From NCBI GenBank assembly GCA_964016885.1, contig OZ024743.1:177692001-177756000 (forward strand): a stretch of 64,000 nt of DNA, in the 5' to 3' direction. Each line of letters opens with the position of its first letter. Positions within the stretch are counted from its first letter, which is position 1. A program made the position numbers and the translations under genes. Shown piece after piece: positions 39,052-54,432 of the stretch. Source of the DNA: Eledone cirrhosa. Taxonomy: Eukaryota. The notes below the pieces were generated by a model, which saw only the letters and a list, made by a program, of their open reading frames with translations, made no database searches and was not told where the DNA came from.

Positions 39052-40176
39052 TCCTCTAATCTATCCTATGACGCAAACATATTTAGCAAAAACTCACAAT
39101 ATTACAATCAAGCATTAGCTAGATCCGGCCATAATATAGAAATTGAGTTCCTACCTAAGAAAACACATAGCTACAACATCATCTCGCACAACATGTCCGT
39201 GAGGAAACCTAATAATAGGAATAGCAACCACAAGTACACCAAAGCGGAGGGTGCCACCGGAAGTAACCATTACCACGGAAACTACCGTGGTGCCTTAGGA
39301 AGAAACAACACACCAAACACTAAAAACAAAAATAGAAGAAGAAATAATACATTTTTCAACCCTCCTTTCAACCTAAATGTCTCCACCAACATACCTAGGG
39401 CTTTCTTCTCACTACTAGATAAAAACTTCCCTCTAGGACACAAGTACCACAACCTTTTAAACAAAAACACTATTAAAATCTCTTACTCTACGACGCCTAA
39501 CTTAGCATACCACATAGCTAGCAGCAATAAAAGTAAAATTAATTCTTACTTCCAACAAACGAAATCACAACAGGATGTAAACCTTCTAAATACCTCTGTA
39601 GCAAGCAACCATAGTAACGGCAGTAACAATAGAAATAACACTAATATAAGAAATAACACCGGGGTCGACAACCCGAATGTCCAAAATCCTATAGCTACCA
39701 CCCAGACTTCTGCACTGCATTATAACCAGCAGACTAACACACAGGATAATTGTAACTGTAGAGCTAATAGAACCTGCCCTTTAGATAAAAAATGCCAAAC
39801 CAAGGATATCATATACTCATGCACCGTCACAACTAGCAACTCTTCAGAAACCTATGTAGGCTCCACTTCTAACTGCTTCAAAATCAGATATAATTCGCAC
39901 ATCCACTCGTTCAAAAAGCACAGTCTAGCCAACTCCACCTCACTATCTAGCTACATACACTATCTAAAAACTAAAAATAAACCTTACACACTCAAATGGG
40001 AAGTGATAGGTAGCGCGACTTCGTACAAACCACCTAATAAATTTTGTAACCTCTGTATACTAGAGACCCACAATATTATCTCTAACCGTAACCTACTTAA
40101 CAAAAAATCTGAAGTGTCTGCAACTTGCCAGCACCGCTTCAGACATTCCTTCCAAAACTTTAAGCCCAATATATAG
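39052..40176 (+). CDS. PLE polyprotein C-terminal part (RT thumb end, Asn-rich linker, GIY-YIG endonuclease), uninterrupted
   Basis: Frame open upstream of ATG 39193 (LSYDANIF..YYNQALARSGH); FFNPPFN, KISYS, CNC..CPL..KC..IIYSC..YVGST..FKIRYNSH..CNLC..LLNKKSE..CQHR. Confidence 0.9.
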   Translation, partial: SSNLSYDANIFSKNSQYYNQALARSGHNIEIEFLPKKTHSYNIISHNMSVRKPNNRNSNHKYTKAEGATGSNHYHGNYRGALGRNNTPNTKNKNRRRNNTFFNPPFNLNVSTNIPRAFFSLLDKNFPLGHKYHNLLNKNTIKISYSTTPNLAYHIASSNKSKINSYFQQTKSQQDVNLLNTSVASNHSNGSNNRNNTNIRNNTGVDNPNVQNPIATTQTSALHYNQQTNTQDNCNCRANRTCPLDKKCQTKDIIYSCTVTTSNSSETYVGSTSNCFKIRYNSHIHSFKKHSLANSTSLSSYIHYLKTKNKPYTLKWEVIGSATSYKPPNKFCNLCILETHNIISNRNLLNKKSEVSATCQHRFRHSFQNFKPNI

Positions 40177-41620
40177 CAATGTCGGACTTGAACCAAACAC
40201 CACCTCTAGCATCAAACACCAGGGGCACACCTTATACCACATACCCAACACTAACTGATCTAATATAACACAAACAGCGACATCCCTCTTGAACCCTTCG
40301 CAGGGCGAATACCCATTTATACCTCTACGTTAGGTGTGACAACATCCACCCACTTGAACTGCACTACACCGCTCTATAGGTAATTTAAGCATGTATTGAT
40401 TGTCTTGTTAGTGTTGTGCTGAGGAAATGCCTTCGTTGGACAGATGAAAAACGATTTAATCTAGTAACGCTGTTGAGCAGTATGACCGGTACGCTGAGTG
40501 CAGAGAATGAATGTATTGCAACTGGCGTACGGGTTGTATGGATGATTTGATGGTCAGAGTGGGGTCATGAGGACTGCGGATTGACCTCTGGTCGGCCCTG
40601 GTGATGATTATCTTTCGACATCCAATGTAGCAAGCGATGACCCAGAGCTTACCAGAGATCATTGTGTGTTGAAGTGATTCTGCAATCACCGCGGCTGGTC
40701 CTATGAGTAGACTACAACCACAGAGATCATTAATTTAGAATCCTCGCTCGTCGTCTATGATATTCATTTGTGGCACTCTACGATGGGGTCAATTCACCAT
40801 AATAATACGAACACCTTCAGCACAACTTAATAGACTACTCTATAGTTAAAACACTTTATGCTTTAGAAATTTTTTAGAAGTTGCGCATAACCATAGAAAT
40901 TAGGGTCTGTTTTGAGACAAATTTAATAGTTAGTAATAGAAACCTCGGAGTTACCTCCCCTTATGCATTAACTCCCCTTAGCCACACACACACTTCCGGG
41001 TAGTATTTCAATGTCGATTCTCGAAACGTAACATCCTCCTGTATTGAACTAAAGAACATCAGACTACGATTCTCTAACTGGATTGTCAAACGCTCAATAT
41101 CGAATTGTCGTGGATTATGTGAGGGGCATATAATCTGAAAAATACACTCCCCTGACTATGAAAATGTCGAAGTACATGAAGTCCATAACATCCCTTCGCT
41201 GTGCATTTCCAATATTTTTAATATTTTTAATATTCTTAATGCTTGCACTATTTTTAATGCTTATACCATTTCTCCACACACAGACTATAACAATCATATA
41301 AATAATTTGCCACCAGATCAACCAACCTAACACTCTTGTTTACCTACCTATGTGCTTCTACTACACGTAACTCTCTGCCACACTATATAAACAAGACGCA
41401 CATGCTTGCCACACATATAACATTTGCACTATATAACCGCCTATTTTCATGTTGTATTTTAACCTGTATTTTTGATTGTATCTTTTAATATGAATTTAAT
41501 CTCTAAGTGTGTACTGCCATCTAAATGCTGTAATGAATGTTGACCCACAATATTTGCATATGTATCTGTATGTCTCTTGGGTGAAAAGGAGGTCATACAA
41601 GTGTTCACTCATTAATAAAT

Positions 41621-41667
41621 TGCTCCGAAGAATCCAAACCTCGGTTTGGAGGAAACAGTTGTAAGCA
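41621..41667 (+). ncRNA. Hammerhead-like motif in the PLE pLTR
   Basis: tgct CCGAAGA A TCCAAAC ctcg GTTTGGA G GAAA cagttg TA agca. Confidence 0.7.
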
Positions 41668-42237
41668 TAAAAATGTTTTGAACAGTTCTTTGATTCTTAT
41701 ATTTCATATATATATATATATATATTTATATATACCCATATATATATAAAAATTATATATATATATTAAAATTCATAGCGAATGGCCTTCAAAATGTTTT
41801 TAAATAAACACAGTATATTATTAAATACACAATACGTACATTCATATATACATCGCTATTTCAGAGCATCAACCTTAAATTGCTAATTCAATCTCAATTC
41901 CTTTTCTTCTCTTATTTTCGTTCACAGATCTTGAAGATCGATGTTTTCTTTGAAAAACCTTGATAGAAATTTGTCTTTGATGTAATGATTTCTAATTTAG
42001 GCACAATGCTAGCAAATTGTGGGGAGGAGAAAGCCGATTATATCGACACCAGTACGTGACTGGTACTTTATCTAACCGAACCCACAAGGATGAAAGGCAA
42101 AGCTAAACTCAGCAGGTTCTGAACTCAGAACGTAAAGAGACGTAACTATATGCTCAAAATATGTTTCCCGACGCTCTACCGATTGTAGTAATTTTAACTG
42201 ACATTAACTGTTGTATTGTATGTCTACGCCATTTTAT

Positions 42238-42555
42238 TTAAAAAATGGCGTAGACATACAATACAACAGGAGGAACATAATAGTACCACTGATGATGTTG
42301 CGGATTTGCAACGAAAGAACTTTATTAGACTATATATATGTGTTTATATCTATATTATATCTGTATTTTTGACCGTTCGTCAGTCAATGATAAACATTGA
42401 GGACCAAATCAATTAACTTTGGAGATATAAAAGATACAGAAGCGAAAACCAGCCAAGCAGTGAGTGTGCTCTGTTATTATTTCTGGCAATATTATTACAA
42501 CAATATGACCCTCCCCAAGTATAACAATATTTATTTCGACACACGATTTCATGTC
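42238..42555 (+). mobile_element. Solo pLTR-like copy of 30505-30855 with HHR-like motif at 42282-42331
   Basis: CTGATGA T GTTGC ggattt GCAAC GAAA gaac ttta ttagact. Confidence 0.7.
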
Positions 42556-42719
42556 TGCAATGAAAGCTCAATTAGCCAAAGTAAGATGAAGAGAAGTTTT
42601 ATAAGCATTGTTTATTTTAAAGCCAATATTTGAACATAGTCTGTCTGTATGTTATACGTATGTTAAACAAGCGCCAGATGATAATTTAATTTTAACTTCT
42701 ATATTAAGTTCTCATTATT

Positions 42720-42905
42720 GTGGATTGGCAGTATCAGTGGAGGGTCGGACGCCATGCTTTCCAGCATAGTTACGTCCCTTTACGATCTGAGTTCAAATCC
42801 CGCCGAGGTTGACTTTGCCTTTCATCCTTACGGGGTCGATAAAATAAAGTACCAGTAATGCACTGGTGAAATGCTGGCCTTGTGCCAAAAGTAAAAACAA
42901 TTATT
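42720..42905 (+). mobile_element. tRNA-derived SINE (further copies at about 16417, 36885, 37490-37750, 41983, 49545)
   Basis: Full-length match to the 7040 family. Confidence 0.9.
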
Positions 42906-43147
42906 TTGTTACTATCTATTACTGCAATCTGTTTAACTACAAAATATACATTCTGTCTATTCTGGGATATTTAAATATAAATGGCATAATTTAACTATTC
43001 ATTAAATTCCATGCATTTTCCTCGTTAAATTGATTAATTTTACAGAAGTTTATGTAAAGATAATTAGTGGTTGAGATTTAGTTTTGTTCTCTTATGTTCA
43101 TAATTTAAGTCGTGAGTGGGGGTCTTACTTTAAACTTTCGGCTACAC

Positions 43148-43228
<81 letters not shown>

Positions 43229-45659
43229 AATGGCTTCTACAGGACTAGAGATGTTTCATTCTTCCGAATGAAACAGTTCTAGTTATGTAGAAGCCATTTA
43301 TATGTTAAATATGTATACTCTGCTATGTATTGAGTACCTTACTGACTGTGGTTAACCCGGGATAAACATATATATATATATATATATATATACATACATA
43401 CATACATATGTATATATGTTATGTATGTTTAGTCGTGCGTGATCGACAACAGTTGATATGTGATGTCCTCAAGGAGTTGTAACCAGTTCACGGTTGTATT
43501 AGAGTGTGTCAGATCCTTATTTTCGGGTAGGCAGAGATCCGGGCACTCACTTACAATATAATCAGGAGTCAGTTCTGGCGTCCAAGTCAGGCAAGCTGCT
43601 GACTAATGCACCCCCTCTGCCACGTAGTGCATTAAATAGGGCCGCACATGAGTGTAGCCGATTCGGGGTCATCCACTCCCCCGGACGAGGTTAGCGCCTG
43701 GTAGGTGGGCCGTATTGGAGTTGATATTCAGTTGGGCTGGTAGAGATATCTGTGGCCATCTAGCTCTTCACCTCTGAAAGTATGGTGAAAACTGAATGTC
43801 GCAGCCTTGCTGCGAAAGGGCGGAGTGACATTAAGCGATGCTAGTCCAGTAACTAGGAATCCTGAGCCATGTCATGGAGCTGATGACTAGGGTCTATTGA
43901 GGCCTTGCTGTGTGATGTTCTCTATGAAGGTGCACAAGAGCAATGCCTGTGAGCAGAGGAAGATAATCAGTTGATCTAGGACGGCGACATCAAGTGGTGA
44001 GTCTTAAGATTGTGTTCCAAGATGTATCTAGCTTCTTATTATAGGAGCTGATGCCCCATACATGGGAGGCGTAATTTGCAGCTCCATAAATCAAGGTTAA
44101 GGCACTGGTTCGTAAGGGGAATCGGCCAGTACCTCGTGATGGCCCTGCCTAGCGGCGTAGAAAGTTGTTCACCGAGGACACCTTTGCACATAAGGACTCA
44201 GGGTGCTGCCTCTAGGCCAGATGTTGGTCTAATTTCACTTCGTTGTAGACCCTGGAAACTGATCACTGACTTCAGTCAGGCGAACGACAAAACCCTGAGA
44301 CAGCGGCGACGAGGTGCTGAATGGATGTGAATAAAAGTTGTGGTATTAACCTGAAGATAATTTACATTGTCTTTTCAAAACAACGTTACGAATCTCATGC
44401 ACACACTCTTGTTTAAACACGTTGAAACTTGTCCAAAAGTATTTTAAACAGTTAAAATCACTTCTTTGTATAATAACGGCTCTGATTTCATTGTATGCAC
44501 ATACGATGGATTACAACCGATTGGAATATCCTAGGTATATGTTTCCGGAAGTATTTCGGTAAAGAAATATTTTCATAGTAACTGTTATTTAATTATTAAA
44601 CAAAACATTTGAATTTGTAATTATTTTAACACAGAACTTTAATGGTGGAATGTTTTTGAGATTAATCTATTCAGTTGCACAAGTTAAAATCATGAAGCTC
44701 TTGTTTGAAATGACTGAAGTGTCAAAAATAGAAATAATAACAAAACAAAATTCCTTTAAAACCAGTCATTTAAGTGTCGCCATGAACCTAAAAATAAAAT
44801 TATGATAGAAATACTGGCAGTCATGCTTCCATTTTTAGTAAAGGGATTTTTCTACTGAAGCTAGCTCTATTATAGCTCGGAAAATATGCAACAAAAAAAA
44901 TATCAGATATATTATTGCAATTCTCCAGAGTACTCTAAAGTTCAATAACCAATATAACAAGTTTCACTTCAGCGCACACTACCTATAGATAGATATGTTG
45001 TGTTCTTAACACAAGATCCTAACTATCATGAATGTTTCTTTATTCATTATACCGTTCATTTGAATATTAATGCTGTCATAATTAGGTTTAGAAATATTAT
45101 TGGGATGCGAAAAAAAATAGACAGAGATTTTAGAATTGACCACAATATAACTGACGTTTTATTCCACAACACTTGATACTAATTAACCCTATTGTGATGT
45201 TACAAATCTATATACTTTTGTACAATTAATACATCCCAAAACAATTTAATAAATAGCTAAAATATACTATTTATATTTAAACATTTAAAGAACAGACATA
45301 ATACTTTTGGGGCATTTAAACTGATTACAAATATAAATAGTAACAATATTACAAGAAATAAATATAGAGGTTAAAATTAAATGTGATCTAGTTCTGAATT
45401 CACTCGCATTAAGCAGAAGGGAGATACTTCTTGTCTCTATTACAAGTAACTTTTCCAGAAGGTTTGTTGTTTAAGATTCTACGTGTTACAAAACAATCAC
45501 TCAGCCATTATCCTATTCTATGACAACTAAAGGATTATGTCTGACACATCTTGCTGTAACTGCTTGCTCCATCTATAGGCAAGCGTTGAGCGTCTCATTT
45601 TGTTATTCCCGATGTTGATTGGACAAGGAGGTTTCTATATATATAAATGAAATTCAACC

Positions 45660-47860
45660 TCCAAAAATATCTGGCCTAGGTCAGATTCAAGTGTATGAGC
45701 TAAAGAATCTATCCTATGAAATATCTCAAATTCTGAGAAGGTTGTGTAATCGTTCTTTCAAGGATAAATGTCTCGCTTGGCTGTTGAAGATATCCGTGGT
45801 TTACCGCAGCCTTCAAGAATCATATGGGCTGGACTGTTCCTTTCTCAATATAATCAAATTCTATGAAGGTTGTGTAATCCTTCTCTTGAGAAATAACGCG
45901 TCACTCGACCATGGAAGATTTCAAGAATTCTATTCACTATCCTTCACCACCTCTACACAGATCAATTAACAGAGTGAACATCCACATCAAACTGCTTACA
46001 TCTATCATTAACCATTTGAATAAAGGAAATCTTATTAATAAAAAAAAACAGTATGGTTTTCTGTCCCTCGTGGCGACTGTGGGCATACACACTCATCGGA
46101 TGAAACAGTGCATTAGAGAGTAGTTTGATACACGTGTTGTTGCTCAGACATCTCTAAAGCATTTGGTGAGGGATGATGTAGATGATTGCATCATAAACTG
46201 ACCAACTGTGGCATATCTGTTGGAGACTTTTCCGTCATCAAGGCATTTCTCAGGGGAAAATATCAAGAAGTTACTGCCGTCAAGATGACATTCATACATG
46301 TCATTACCAACACCATCAACATCATAATCATCATGAAGACAACGAGAACAACCGCGGAGGTGGCAAAAAAGATGCGGCGGTGATATGAGTTGTTACAGCT
46401 CACACCTATGTAGGTTTAGCAGACCCCCCACTCAGGGTTGTATCTCATAGGATGTTCCTCTGGAGTTTTAATGAAAGGGAGCCAAGTCGTTGTTACAGCT
46501 CACACCTATGTAGGTTTAACTGGCCTCACTCAGGGTTTTATGTCATATGAGATTTCCGGGGTTTTTTAATGATAGGTACCCCAGTCATATCATGTACTCT
46601 TATCTGTTATGAGTAGCAGAAGTTGAAGAAAGAAGATGGGAGGGCTGACTCAATGGAACAAGTAATGTTGAAATATATGGCTAGATAACAAATATTTGTT
46701 ACAATGGATTAGTTTTAAACGGAAACCTACATGAAGATGGGAGTTTAGAAATCAATGTAAAAGAAAATATAAGATATGCATCTTGACCACGGTAGCAGAT
46801 GTTTTCACTAACCTATTAAATGTCATAATAAAGAAAGAAAAGCCTTTTTATATTTAATACTTCAAAAACCATTCTAAAATCTTTCCATCACTCTCGTAAA
46901 ATTGTTAACCCACTATTTATTTCGATGGTTATGACTACTTTCAAGAGTTTTTTTGTGAGTCTCAATCGCTTATATTTACACTTGATTTGCGCTGGTATCC
47001 CTAGAATGATTTACTTGGGTGTGCTGAAAAGTTTCTGACTTTGGGTAAAAGAAAATACAGGAGGATCAGTTAAAAGAAAATACGGGAGGATCAACTAAAA
47101 GAAAATACAGGAGGACCAGTTAATTATTATTTTATTCAACATATTCCCGTCCCAGATTTACATACTTATTGCAGCGGTCCTACCTCTCATGTAAAGGTAA
47201 CAAGTCTGCCTTTTCGTGATATCCTTAAAGCCAACACCTCATGACCAATGTGCTGGATAGATTAGTTGACACGTTCTACCTTTCAAAAATATAGTTAACC
47301 TCTAAAGCCCTATTACATGTCTACAAGTGTCAGATCCACTAACAAGACTACAGTGTCGTTCACAAATATTGTTGACTTATTCCATACTTGTACAGTTTAG
47401 TAATGTTAGACTGTATAATCGAGAAGCTAATGTATTTAGTACTAGACACCTCTTTTCGATACTCCAACTGTTCTACTCTCGACAGAATGCTGCATGCCTC
47501 ACGTTTAATACCGCAACTTCCAAAAAATATGTTTAGATGAACTTCAGCCTATGTTCCACCAATCCGGGAAGTTCTCTTTAGAACTCGATTTGCTAAATTT
47601 AGCGAACCGCGTCCATGTTTCCTGGATATGTCACGGAGAAATTCAGTGCAAACGGATTTTACACAGAACAACAGAATTTTGGAATAAACTCTGTCCCTAT
47701 AACGTGATGAGGCTGTTTGCTTGCAAACGAATCGGATATTATTATTATTAGATATAAAACTCACGAATGCATCGGTCACCATTCTTTTCCTGCTAAATTC
47801 GACAATGATCTCTTTAAATTCACAATTAACAAGTTCTTCGCCGAATGTGGCCAGTTTCTT
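45660..47860 (+). mobile_element. Highly decayed CR1/Jockey-type LINE pieces (about 45660-46270 and 47330-47860)
   Basis: LKNLSYEISQILRRLCNRSF; HLNKGNLINKKKQYGF; DISKAF; HKLTNCGISVG..IKAFL; FWNKL; FPAKFDNDLFKFTINKF. Confidence 0.6.
47014..47180 (+). mobile_element. Mariner-like TIR fragment with a 3x 25-bp internal tandem
   Basis: gggtgtgctgaaaagtttctgactttgggt..ttttattcaacatattccc; (aaaagaaaatacaggaggatcagtt)x3. Confidence 0.5.
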
Positions 47861-48205
47861 TCATTTAAAAACTTTTCGCAGTTCCTTTATTCCCAATTAC
47901 GGCATTCATTGCTATCTCATTTACTGTATTTCATTGCTGTCAAATCATTGTATCGTAAAATCTGAAAGGTATATTAACTTTCGGCTCGATGCAAGAAGAG
48001 ATTTGAAATCCAAATTCGATTCTCGGTTTTTCTGCCATCGCTAAAATGTCTGGTATATAGATATGGAAATAAAAAATAGCCTATTTACTATTCCCCTTTT
48101 CTAAAGTAGCCCCAAAGCGTACCAATTGTATATTAAAAAGAAAAACATTTGTAAGTTAACCGAAACAATCAGCTCAACATTCGTAAAACAGTTAGACTAA
48201 CTTAC

Positions 48206-48364
48206 AAGAATATTGTAAATTAGAATATTTAATGTTTTCAGTTGTATAAATGTGATTAATTCTTTCCCTGTTATTATGACAAGAAACTCGTCATAAAGGT
48301 CTACAGAATCGTTAAACCTGTCAAATGAACCGGAATATTTCATATAGATACTGATTAATAAACT
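48206..48364 (-). CDS. Putative 159-nt phase-0 exon
   Basis: Acceptor gtttacag, donor GTAAGT; stop-free SLLISIYMKYSGSFDRFNDSVDLYDEFLVIITGKELITFIQLKTLNILIYNIL. Confidence 0.3.
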
Positions 48365-49137
48365 CTGTAAACATGACAACTTTTATTATAAATTTACTGG
48401 ACTTAATTATTGACTTTCTAGCAATAATTCTCTATCGAGATAGCTCAATATATATTGCAGTACTGATATGTTAGTATATCTATATATGTGTTACCGAGAT
48501 ATATGTGTATGCATATATGTGTTACCGAGATATATTTGTATGTATATACCCGTTACCGAGATATATGTGTATGTATATATAGGTGTTACCCAAATATATG
48601 TGTATGTATATATGTGTTACAGAGATATATTTGTATGTATATAACCGATACCGAGATATATTTGTATGTATATATTACAGTATCAATATATTTGTATGTG
48701 TATATATTCGTGGGAGTATAAGTATGGAAGATGGGATGGTCCTCCGTCTGTTTTGACGATGAGTGTTTCAGTGTGATAGTATGTGGGCAGGATGACCCTT
48801 TGAATCATAGATATAATCCATCCAAGGAGTTTCTAAACAGTTTCCGTCTAGCTAATTTCAATCACAAAGCTTAGTTTGACCTGAGGCTATGGTAAATGTC
48901 ATTTCAGACGCCCCATAGCGGGATTGAACCTGGGACCTAACGATTGCAAAGCGAACTCTTTCAACATTCGTCTATGCTGCGACCACGTGATATTACACTG
49001 AACACTTATAAACCAGGCGTAACTTGGCTATGAAGACGACCTAAATATTAATCAATACAAACAACTTGAACATGAATAGGGGTGATAATAGGGTATGTCT
49101 CAAATTTAGGTAAGGAAAGAGAAACATATAGTCTAGA

Positions 49138-49295
49138 CAAGGTTTCCCAAACCTTTTCAAACGCAGAACTCATTTTGGTTCAGAAACTTAGTCCAAAGTC
49201 TAATACTGTTATATGATCGTAATATAAATATACTCCTCTACTTTTTTCACGGAACCCCAGACGCTCCTTTGCGGGTCCCACTTTGCGAACCATTG
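49138..49295. mobile_element. Short hAT-like MITE
   Basis: caaggtttcccaaac / tttgcgaaccattg; degenerate TSD gtctagac/gtatagat. Confidence 0.5.
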
Positions 49296-50421
49296 GTATA
49301 GATAACATTCAGCGAACACTTTCTGAATTGCAAACGTAATTGTACATTATATATGAACTCAGATTTGAAAAAAGATTTTGCTTCTCCCGTAATTCCTGAT
49401 AGAATCGTAGGGGTGGTGTAGTGGCATGCAACGTTTCTTGCGTATTTTAAGCCTGGCGGAGTTCATCACCTCTCCAGGTCTGACTACAATAGATTTCTTC
49501 CACGGAGGGATAAAACGTGAGAGAATGGAAATGAGAAAAAACATAGGGGAGGAATCAATCCTAGTACTAGACTGGTATATGTTTTATCACCCTCAATAAG
49601 ATGAAAGCAAGTTGATCTCGGTGGGATTTAAATTCATAGAACAAAGAGTCGAGACAAACACTACAAAGTATTCTATACGACATTCTAAGGTCTCGGCCAA
49701 TTCGCGGCCTATATGAACTCAGAGATTACAGACAAACATGTTGGTAAAGAGATTATTTAGAAAATACCTAAATATAAAGATACTTATTGCGCACAAAAAG
49801 ACATAAACATACGCGCACACACACAAACACTCTCGCGCACACACAGATATAAATGTATAATATGTAGGATCCCGATGTCAATTGTGATGTGACCACCGTT
49901 AAAAAGGGTACTCAATACGCTATTAGAGTAAAGGTAAAATAGTAAAGACCTCCCATCGGTCACAAATGCCCATGAGATTCTCGCCTAGAAACTTGCCCTT
50001 GAGACACAAGTCCGAGAAAGGTTGTAGTCCGGGACTCGAACTCACAGCCGCATGATTGTAAGCTGGACGATCTAACCACTAAGTCATGTACCTTCTCCAG
50101 ACTATAAGTATATTCATTCGTATGTCGTTGACGGCTGAGAGAAAGGAGTATTCAATACCGAAGTAGAGTTGTACTATTCCTTTTATTAAGGTGGAATAGT
50201 GAGTCTTGTTTCGAGTAATAAGACTCACTATTCAGCCTTAATAAAATGAATATATATTTATATAAATATTTATTTATCTATGATCTGTGATATTGTAAAA
50301 CTACTGTCTCTGAGAATTTACTAATTGGATTAAAATCTGAACTGTCTTTTACCTATCTTACTGTGGACTATAAAATATTATTTTCCTTATACAGTTGTAT
50401 TATCAACTCATCTCAAATACA

Positions 50422-50467
<46 letters not shown>

Positions 50468-50731
50468 AAAGCATGTATTGAGTTAGAAACTCAAAATAGT
50501 CTCATTACAGTAAAACTTAGCTCTAGCAAAAAGGATTTTCCGAGCCGTATAGTATAACTGAACAAAAAAGAAAAACGAACACAGACATATGCATGTATGC
50601 GTTCAAATCGTAATGGACCAGAAATGCTAAGGTGAAAAAAAATACTAACTACAGACAATAGGGTTTGGTAGACTCAATTTAAGAATAAATCAAGAAAAAT
50701 AAATACAAACCAGTATTGTGGTAACTACCAT

Positions 50732-50814
50732 TCACCCGGACGGTTTTTGATGGAACCGTTTCGCAATATTATTTGTGAAGAGGTATATGAAATTCTTGGC
50801 TCATCAGCGGGTGA
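50732..50814 (-). ncRNA. Canonical type I hammerhead ribozyme with GUC cleavage site
   Basis: Minus strand: TCACCCG CTGATGA GC..long stem II..GC GAAA CGGTT ccatcaaa AACCG TC CGGGTGA. Confidence 0.85.
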
Positions 50815-51090
50815 GAAATTAGTATCCTGATCACTTCTAAATAAAATAAAGAACTGGATAGTGTGTGTATATGTAACGCACATGTTTCCAAACTTAGCGC
50901 GTCGCGCAGACTCACGTCACTAAAAATAGCAGCCGGGTCTACACGACATTTGAAATAGCTCTACGAAATAACGGAGCCGAATATATCAAAAGCATGTATT
51001 GAGTTAGAAACTCAAAATAGTCTCATTAGGATTTGAACGCTTACATGCATGTGTCTGTGCTCGTTTTTCTTTTTCCTTTTTGTTCAGTTA

Positions 51091-51149
<59 letters not shown>

Positions 51150-51339
51150 AAAAGGTATGACCCCGACGGCAGAGCTCAATCCGTTTCGACGGCTATTTCA
51201 GTCCAGAAATAGCCGTCGAAACGGCTTGAGCTCTGCCGTAGGGGTCATACTTTTTCCTATTTCCCACTCTACTACCCTAAGTATTGAGTACTCTGGTGCG
51301 TTATGATGATCCGCCTGGTTCCTTACCACAATTCCTTCG

Positions 51340-51385
<46 letters not shown>

Positions 51386-51417
51386 CGAAGGAATTGTGGT
51401 AAGGAACCAGATGGATC

Positions 51418-51448
<31 letters not shown>

Positions 51449-51454
<6 letters not shown>

Positions 51455-51846
51455 GTTTGTATTGTAAAGCCAAAACAATGCAGGTATGGACATAGAATAT
51501 AAATGCAAATGCAAAAGATATTGTTGACAATTAGTCTTTTATCTTAAATTTATTTAAATGTCCTTAATTTTCGAGATAATATCTCTTCTTCGGAGGGAAG
51601 TAAAGAGGTTAAACCAGTGTTCTAAATAGCTTGCCAAGTCATCCTGTCAGCATGACTTGGCAAGCTATTTAGAACACTGGTTTAACCGCTTCACTTCCCT
51701 CCGAAGAAGAGATATTATCTCGAAAATTAAGGACATTTAAATAAATTTAAGATAAAAGACTAATTATCAACAATATATTTTGCATTTGCATTTATATTCT
51801 ATTTCCATACCTGCATTGTTTTGGCTTTACAAATACAAACGTTTAT
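51449..51846. mobile_element. 398-bp fold-back element with an HHR-like motif in each arm
   Basis: Centre about 51647; cct CCGAAGA A GAGATA t TATCTC GAAA at TA agg at 51698-51732(+) and 51562-51596(-). Confidence 0.85.
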
Positions 51847-51880
51847 ACCTCATTACACAATGCTTCAAGTGAACTATAAC

Positions 51881-54020
<2,140 letters not shown>

Positions 54021-54199
54021 TTTCTTGAATTATTATTACTCCAAGTATAAACTACATAGAAATCACCGCGAAATCGCAGCATCACTATGGAAATGTCTTG
54101 TTGAGTCAAACTAAGCCACACGTTAATACTACCCACTACAAGAAATACTACAACTGGACTACATCTAAGTGGACTGCCATGACGATAACCTATTATCCC

Positions 54200-54248
<49 letters not shown>

Positions 54249-54249
54249 T

Positions 54250-54432
54250 AAATATACACAGGTGTGTATGATTGCGTATAGAAGATTATATTAATAAAAG
54301 GAATTCCAACTTTGTCTGATTTACAATCCTTTAAAATTTATAATGGTATTAGAATGAAATAGTATGGCAGAATATTAAATGTTAAGTGTTAATTGAACAA
54401 GTACTTTCATGCTTTCGCAATCTTCAGGTTCA
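54250..54432 (-). mobile_element. Non-palindromic copy of the 28715 family with HHR-like motif at 54394-54432
   Basis: Matches one arm plus the outer flank 29099-29140. Confidence 0.8.

Larger units (their letters stand above)
38981..41710 (+). mobile_element. 5'-truncated Penelope-like element with an inverted pLTR copy at its 5' end
   Basis: 38981-39049 is the reverse complement of 41642-41710; GIY-YIG ORF inside; ends in (TA)n. Confidence 0.9.

Noticed and set aside
43875-43930. CTGATGA core (also 9029, 37872 and CTGAGGA at 2047, 18788, 40419)
   Set aside because: No properly spaced stem II-GAAA-UH and stem I.
43430-44330. GC-richer block with short ORFs
   Set aside because: No recognisable protein motif or termini; probably an unclassified repeat.
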